From assembly GCA_001769535.1 (NCBI GenBank), contig MEOH01000009.1, forward strand, positions 9,961 to 73,960: a DNA stretch of 64,000 nucleotides. The letters are read 5' to 3'. A program made the position numbers and the translations under genes. Position 1 is the first letter of the stretch. Every line of letters begins with the position of its first letter. The notes under the pieces are model-generated. The model saw only the letters and a program-made list of their open reading frames with translations, had not been told where the DNA came from and made no database searches. Positions 61,014 to 64,000 of this stretch are shown here, one piece after another. Source of the stretch: Bacteroidetes bacterium GWF2_38_335 (GTDB taxonomy: Bacteria > Bacteroidota > Bacteroidia > Bacteroidales > GWF2-38-335).

Positions 61014-61559
61014 TTAGTATTTCTCTGGTTCAAGTAAATCAATTGTCAGTGTCAGATTAAAATAATTTTCATTGTATTTTAGTCTGTATTTTTTGTCATT
61101 ATAAATATACCTGTAATTATCTATTTCATAATTAACTTTCATTACATATTCCTTGTTCTCTTTTTCAACATTCTTCCAAAATAATTTTGCCCTTCGTTTG
61201 CATCTGAAATCAATCCATCTGCAAAAAAAGTCAGCCATTGGCACCCCCTTATTTCCATAAAACATGGGAATTTCGCCAAGGTCAATTGTGTCAGTATTCT
61301 TTGGTAAATTCACGATGAATAATTGTCGAAAGCCAATAAAACTAATTTTCAGCGTATCTTTCAAAATGCTTTTATCAAGTGTAAGTGAAAATTTGCCGGA
61401 GGAGTCACAATTTGTAACCATATCATTGTCAAAATGCACAGTTGAAAAACCAAGGGCAGTAGTGTCGGCCGGACTAATCACTTTACCTTTTATTGTCACA
61501 CTTTGAGAATAGAGAAATGTTGAAAAAACCATAATAATTATGGAAAGCACTATTTTCAT
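61014..61559 (-). CDS. Hypothetical secreted protein with N-terminal carboxypeptidase-regulatory-like (CarboxypepD_reg) fold
   Basis: I place the start at ATG 61559 (MKIVLSIIIMVFSTFLYSQ). The mature N-terminus SVTIKGKVISPADTTALGFSTVHFDN resembles the CarboxypepD_reg-type beta-sandwich found at the start of many Bacteroidota proteins. Confidence 0.5.
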   Translation of the reverse strand: MKIVLSIIIMVFSTFLYSQSVTIKGKVISPADTTALGFSTVHFDNDMVTNCDSSGKFSLTLDKSILKDTLKISFIGFRQLFIVNLPKNTDTIDLGEIPMFYGNKGVPMADFFCRWIDFRCKRRAKLFWKNVEKENKEYVMKVNYEIDNYRYIYNDKKYRLKYNENYFNLTLTIDLLEPEKY

Positions 61560-61691
61560 TGTTTTATTATTTAATATGCCATATAATATAAATATAATCC
61601 AACACAATATTACATCCTCTTGCCTACAACCCGCTTAATTAATAACGATCCCATCAGTGAATCCTGCATTCGGCAGGTAAGGTTCAGCGAA

Positions 61692-62774
61692 TTATTTTTT
61701 CAGAATCTCAATTAATTCACTATTAATATATAATGTTTCCCGTCCGACTTTATATGATTTCAAAACTTCGATGTTCTCAAGTTCTTTAAGATATCTGGAC
61801 GCTGCTTTTCTTTCAACTTTTAGCCGATTGACAACAAATTCTATCTTTGAGTATGGTTGCTCAAAAAGTAATTCAACCAATTCTTTTTGATATATTTTTG
61901 GTGATTCTTTTTGAACTTTGACAAGTGTCTTTTCCAGCAAATTCCTGATCAGGCTGATCCGTTCAATTGTTTGGACAGATGTTGACTCAACTGCTTTAAG
62001 CATAAATATTATCCACTCCTCCCAACTGCCTGTTTTATTAGTTTGATTAAGTAGTCTGTAATATTCCGGTTTGTTCTGAATAATATATGAACTTAAATAA
62101 AGAATGGGTATTTCAATTAATCCATTTAATATTAGGTAGAGAATATTCAGAATTCTGCCTGTTCTTCCGTTTCCATCATAGAATGGATGGATACTTTCAA
62201 ACTGATAGTGTAGTATAGCAAGGTTAATCAGCGGGTTCAAATCCTGCTCTTTCTGGTTAAAATGAAGAATGAAATTTGAAAGAAGTTCAATAATCTCCTG
62301 TTTGTCCTGTGGCGGTGTGTAAACGATCTCGCCCGTCTTATCGTTTTTAAGGACGGTTCCCGGAGTACTTCTTATTCCGGCTGTATTTTCAACCAGTATT
62401 TGCTGGATAGTCACAATATCATTAACCCTTAAAAAGCCCTGTTTCTGAACAATGTCAAATCCTGCAAATATTGCTCTTCTGTAATTGACAACTTCCTTTG
62501 TTTCAGGAGAAATTTTTGTGTTTCTTACAGTTAATGCTTTATATAATTCATCCTGAGTTGTAATAATGTTTTCAATTTCCGAACTGTCTTTTGCTTCCTG
62601 CAAAACAATTGCATTGATGAGCATTGCCTGATTAGGAATTGTCTTTGCTATACCTTTCAACTCAGCTAAAGCCCTGGCAGTCTTAATTACCTGCCTTAAT
62701 ACTTTAATGGTTTCAACTTCTTCCTGTTTGGGAGGAAGTTTTTTAAGTTTTGAATAGGGTGCCTTTTGTCCCAT
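61692..62774 (-). CDS. Fic-family protein (AMPylase-type) with N-terminal inhibitory helix and C-terminal wHTH-like domain
   Basis: The Fic core motif HPFYDGNGRTGR matches HxFx(D/E)GNGRxxR. The upstream SSEIEN matches the inhibitory (S/T)xxxE(G/N) motif. I place the start at ATG 62774 (MGQKAPYSKL) rather than the track start 62822. Confidence 0.85.
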   Translation of the reverse strand: MGQKAPYSKLKKLPPKQEEVETIKVLRQVIKTARALAELKGIAKTIPNQAMLINAIVLQEAKDSSEIENIITTQDELYKALTVRNTKISPETKEVVNYRRAIFAGFDIVQKQGFLRVNDIVTIQQILVENTAGIRSTPGTVLKNDKTGEIVYTPPQDKQEIIELLSNFILHFNQKEQDLNPLINLAILHYQFESIHPFYDGNGRTGRILNILYLILNGLIEIPILYLSSYIIQNKPEYYRLLNQTNKTGSWEEWIIFMLKAVESTSVQTIERISLIRNLLEKTLVKVQKESPKIYQKELVELLFEQPYSKIEFVVNRLKVERKAASRYLKELENIEVLKSYKVGRETLYINSELIEILKK

Positions 62775-62988
62775 GTTTTCTTTATTTGTACCAAAAATAA
62801 CATTTTTAGTACATATATGCAAGTATATGGGATTTTTTTGTGAATTTTGACCGATGTTTTGAAACTACCAAAAGCAAGGGTTTTTATCAGTGAACTTCAT
62901 TTGAAAGATTGCATATAAGATATTCACTTTTCAGTCTGCCGGAGGAAGCACCTGCTTTTTGGTTGGTGTTGTTGGGCACAGTTTTATT

Positions 62989-63498
62989 TTAAATTAATCT
63001 TATCAAATGAATAATTGTCGGAATAAAAATAATAAACATGGAAAAAAATGTCCCATATTTAAACAATGTCGGACCAAATTTCTCGTCTTTTTCCGCAAAT
63101 ATTTCAACTATCCAACCAAGTGTATAAAATAAATTACAAATTATTACGAATGCGATAAGGGTAATTGGCATAAATATATCTTCACCAGGTTCCACTTCAA
63201 CAATGGCTTCCATAATCGCAAGACTTATTATTCCTGAAACAAGTAATATAGCGTTGTATATTAATCTTCTTATTTCCCACCAAACAATTATTTCTAGTAT
63301 TTCTTTGAAGTTATTCCGTGATGGTTTATAATTTTTCTTCTTTTCTTCTTCTGTTATTTTTGGGTCAAGTTCGTAATCATTACAACTCTCTTCAAATTTA
63401 GCTAAATCATTTGTTAAAGAGCAAATAACTCCTTTTTCAAAGTCAAATTTTCTTTTTAAACATTTTTTACAAAATTGTATTTGTTCCTGACGCGTCAT
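62989..63498 (-). CDS. Hypothetical membrane protein with N-terminal Cys-rich (zinc-ribbon-like) segment
   Basis: 169 aa. The segment CKKCLKRKFDFEKGVICSL...C is followed by about 4 TM segments. Its start lies 3 nt after the upstream gene stop. Confidence 0.5.
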   Translation of the reverse strand: MTRQEQIQFCKKCLKRKFDFEKGVICSLTNDLAKFEESCNDYELDPKITEEEKKKNYKPSRNNFKEILEIIVWWEIRRLIYNAILLVSGIISLAIMEAIVEVEPGEDIFMPITLIAFVIICNLFYTLGWIVEIFAEKDEKFGPTLFKYGTFFSMFIIFIPTIIHLIRLI

Positions 63499-63501
63499 GG
63501 T

Positions 63502-63978
63502 TTAGATTGATTTTCCATTTAATTTTATTATTGAAAAATCAGAATTCAGATAGATTTCAAATTTATAATCATATTCGCAAAGACAATCACAGGGTGACCC
63601 TTCAGCTCTATAACTCAGTTCAAGTATTTTTTTAGAGTGATTTACATCACCAAAGAATTCTAAACAGCATTCAGCAATAAATGTGAACTCTATACTGATT
63701 AAACTGTCAGAAATAGTTTTTTTAATATTAAATGGCTCTAAATTTCTGTATTTTCCATAGTTTCCTTCGTATAATGATCTTTCATCACATTCTCCAATAC
63801 ATGTGAAATCGAAAGATTTTTTATTCATTAAAACTAATTGATTTTTTTTTGCTTCTTCTAGTGATTCTTCCATAGAGGATTCTTCAACAATAATTTCATT
63901 ACTTACAACTTCCTTTTTTTCATTTGTGCAATATGATAATAAAATACAAAATGGTAAAATAATAAGGATTGTCTTCAT
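63502..63978 (-). CDS. Hypothetical Cys-rich lipoprotein
   Basis: 158 aa. The signal peptide has the lipobox LLSYC, and the mature part contains 8 Cys residues. Confidence 0.5.
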   Translation of the reverse strand: MKTILIILPFCILLSYCTNEKKEVVSNEIIVEESSMEESLEEAKKNQLVLMNKKSFDFTCIGECDERSLYEGNYGKYRNLEPFNIKKTISDSLISIEFTFIAECCLEFFGDVNHSKKILELSYRAEGSPCDCLCEYDYKFEIYLNSDFSIIKLNGKSI

Positions 63979-64000
63979 ATGAATTAGAATTTATAATTTC

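Noticed and set aside
1-64000. CRISPR arrays, tRNA, rRNA and tmRNA
   Set aside because: No regularly spaced identical direct repeats with unique spacers were seen. All repeat families occur as 2-3 dispersed copies. I saw no cloverleaf-like or rRNA-like conserved segments in the intergenic regions.

Overview
This window reads as a chromosomal segment of a Bacteroidota-type bacterium. The evidence is the T9SS translocon gene sprA, four proteins with T9SS C-terminal sorting domains, TAnnTTTG-type -7 boxes and many lipoproteins and outer-membrane proteins. About 47 protein-coding genes are supported. The housekeeping backbone is: manC-like (partial), an SDR oxidoreductase, a PLP Cys/Met enzyme with a divergent Lrp/AsnC regulator, gcvH, sprA, ruvA, malic enzyme, pdxA, a LysM lytic transglycosylase, rseP, dxr, an M23 peptidase, waaA/kdtA, an NdpA-like nucleoid protein and a DEAD-box helicase. 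Visibly AT-richer accessory islets sit between these: a 538-aa orphan, a CPBP protease, a two-radical-SAM cassette and a Fic-containing islet. There are also surface and secretion loci: an OMP-CotH-OMP operon, a tail-collar protein coupled to a 1401-aa PKD adhesin, a beta-helix T9SS cargo, and a Tet(M)-like GTPase next to a Crp/ferredoxin unit. I recognise no rRNA, tRNA or CRISPR array. Non-genic structure is unusually rich. It includes an IS200-like REP-associated tyrosine transposase flanked by inverted REP doublets, and a family of 146-244 bp nested palindromes whose central stems differ but stay self-complementary. It also includes a second about 110-146 bp repeat family, 51-52-bp direct repeats bracketing the CPBP gene, 64-nt direct repeats bracketing the radical-SAM cassette, and a 14-unit array phased at exactly 21 bp. 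I cannot name a single proven novel system. The best candidates for follow-up are the repeat-bracketed two-radical-SAM cassette, the 21-bp phased array, the tail-collar/PKD adhesin pair, the OMP-CotH-OMP operon and the repeat-bracketed CPBP cassette. All functional calls rest on motif recognition by eye and no database search was possible.
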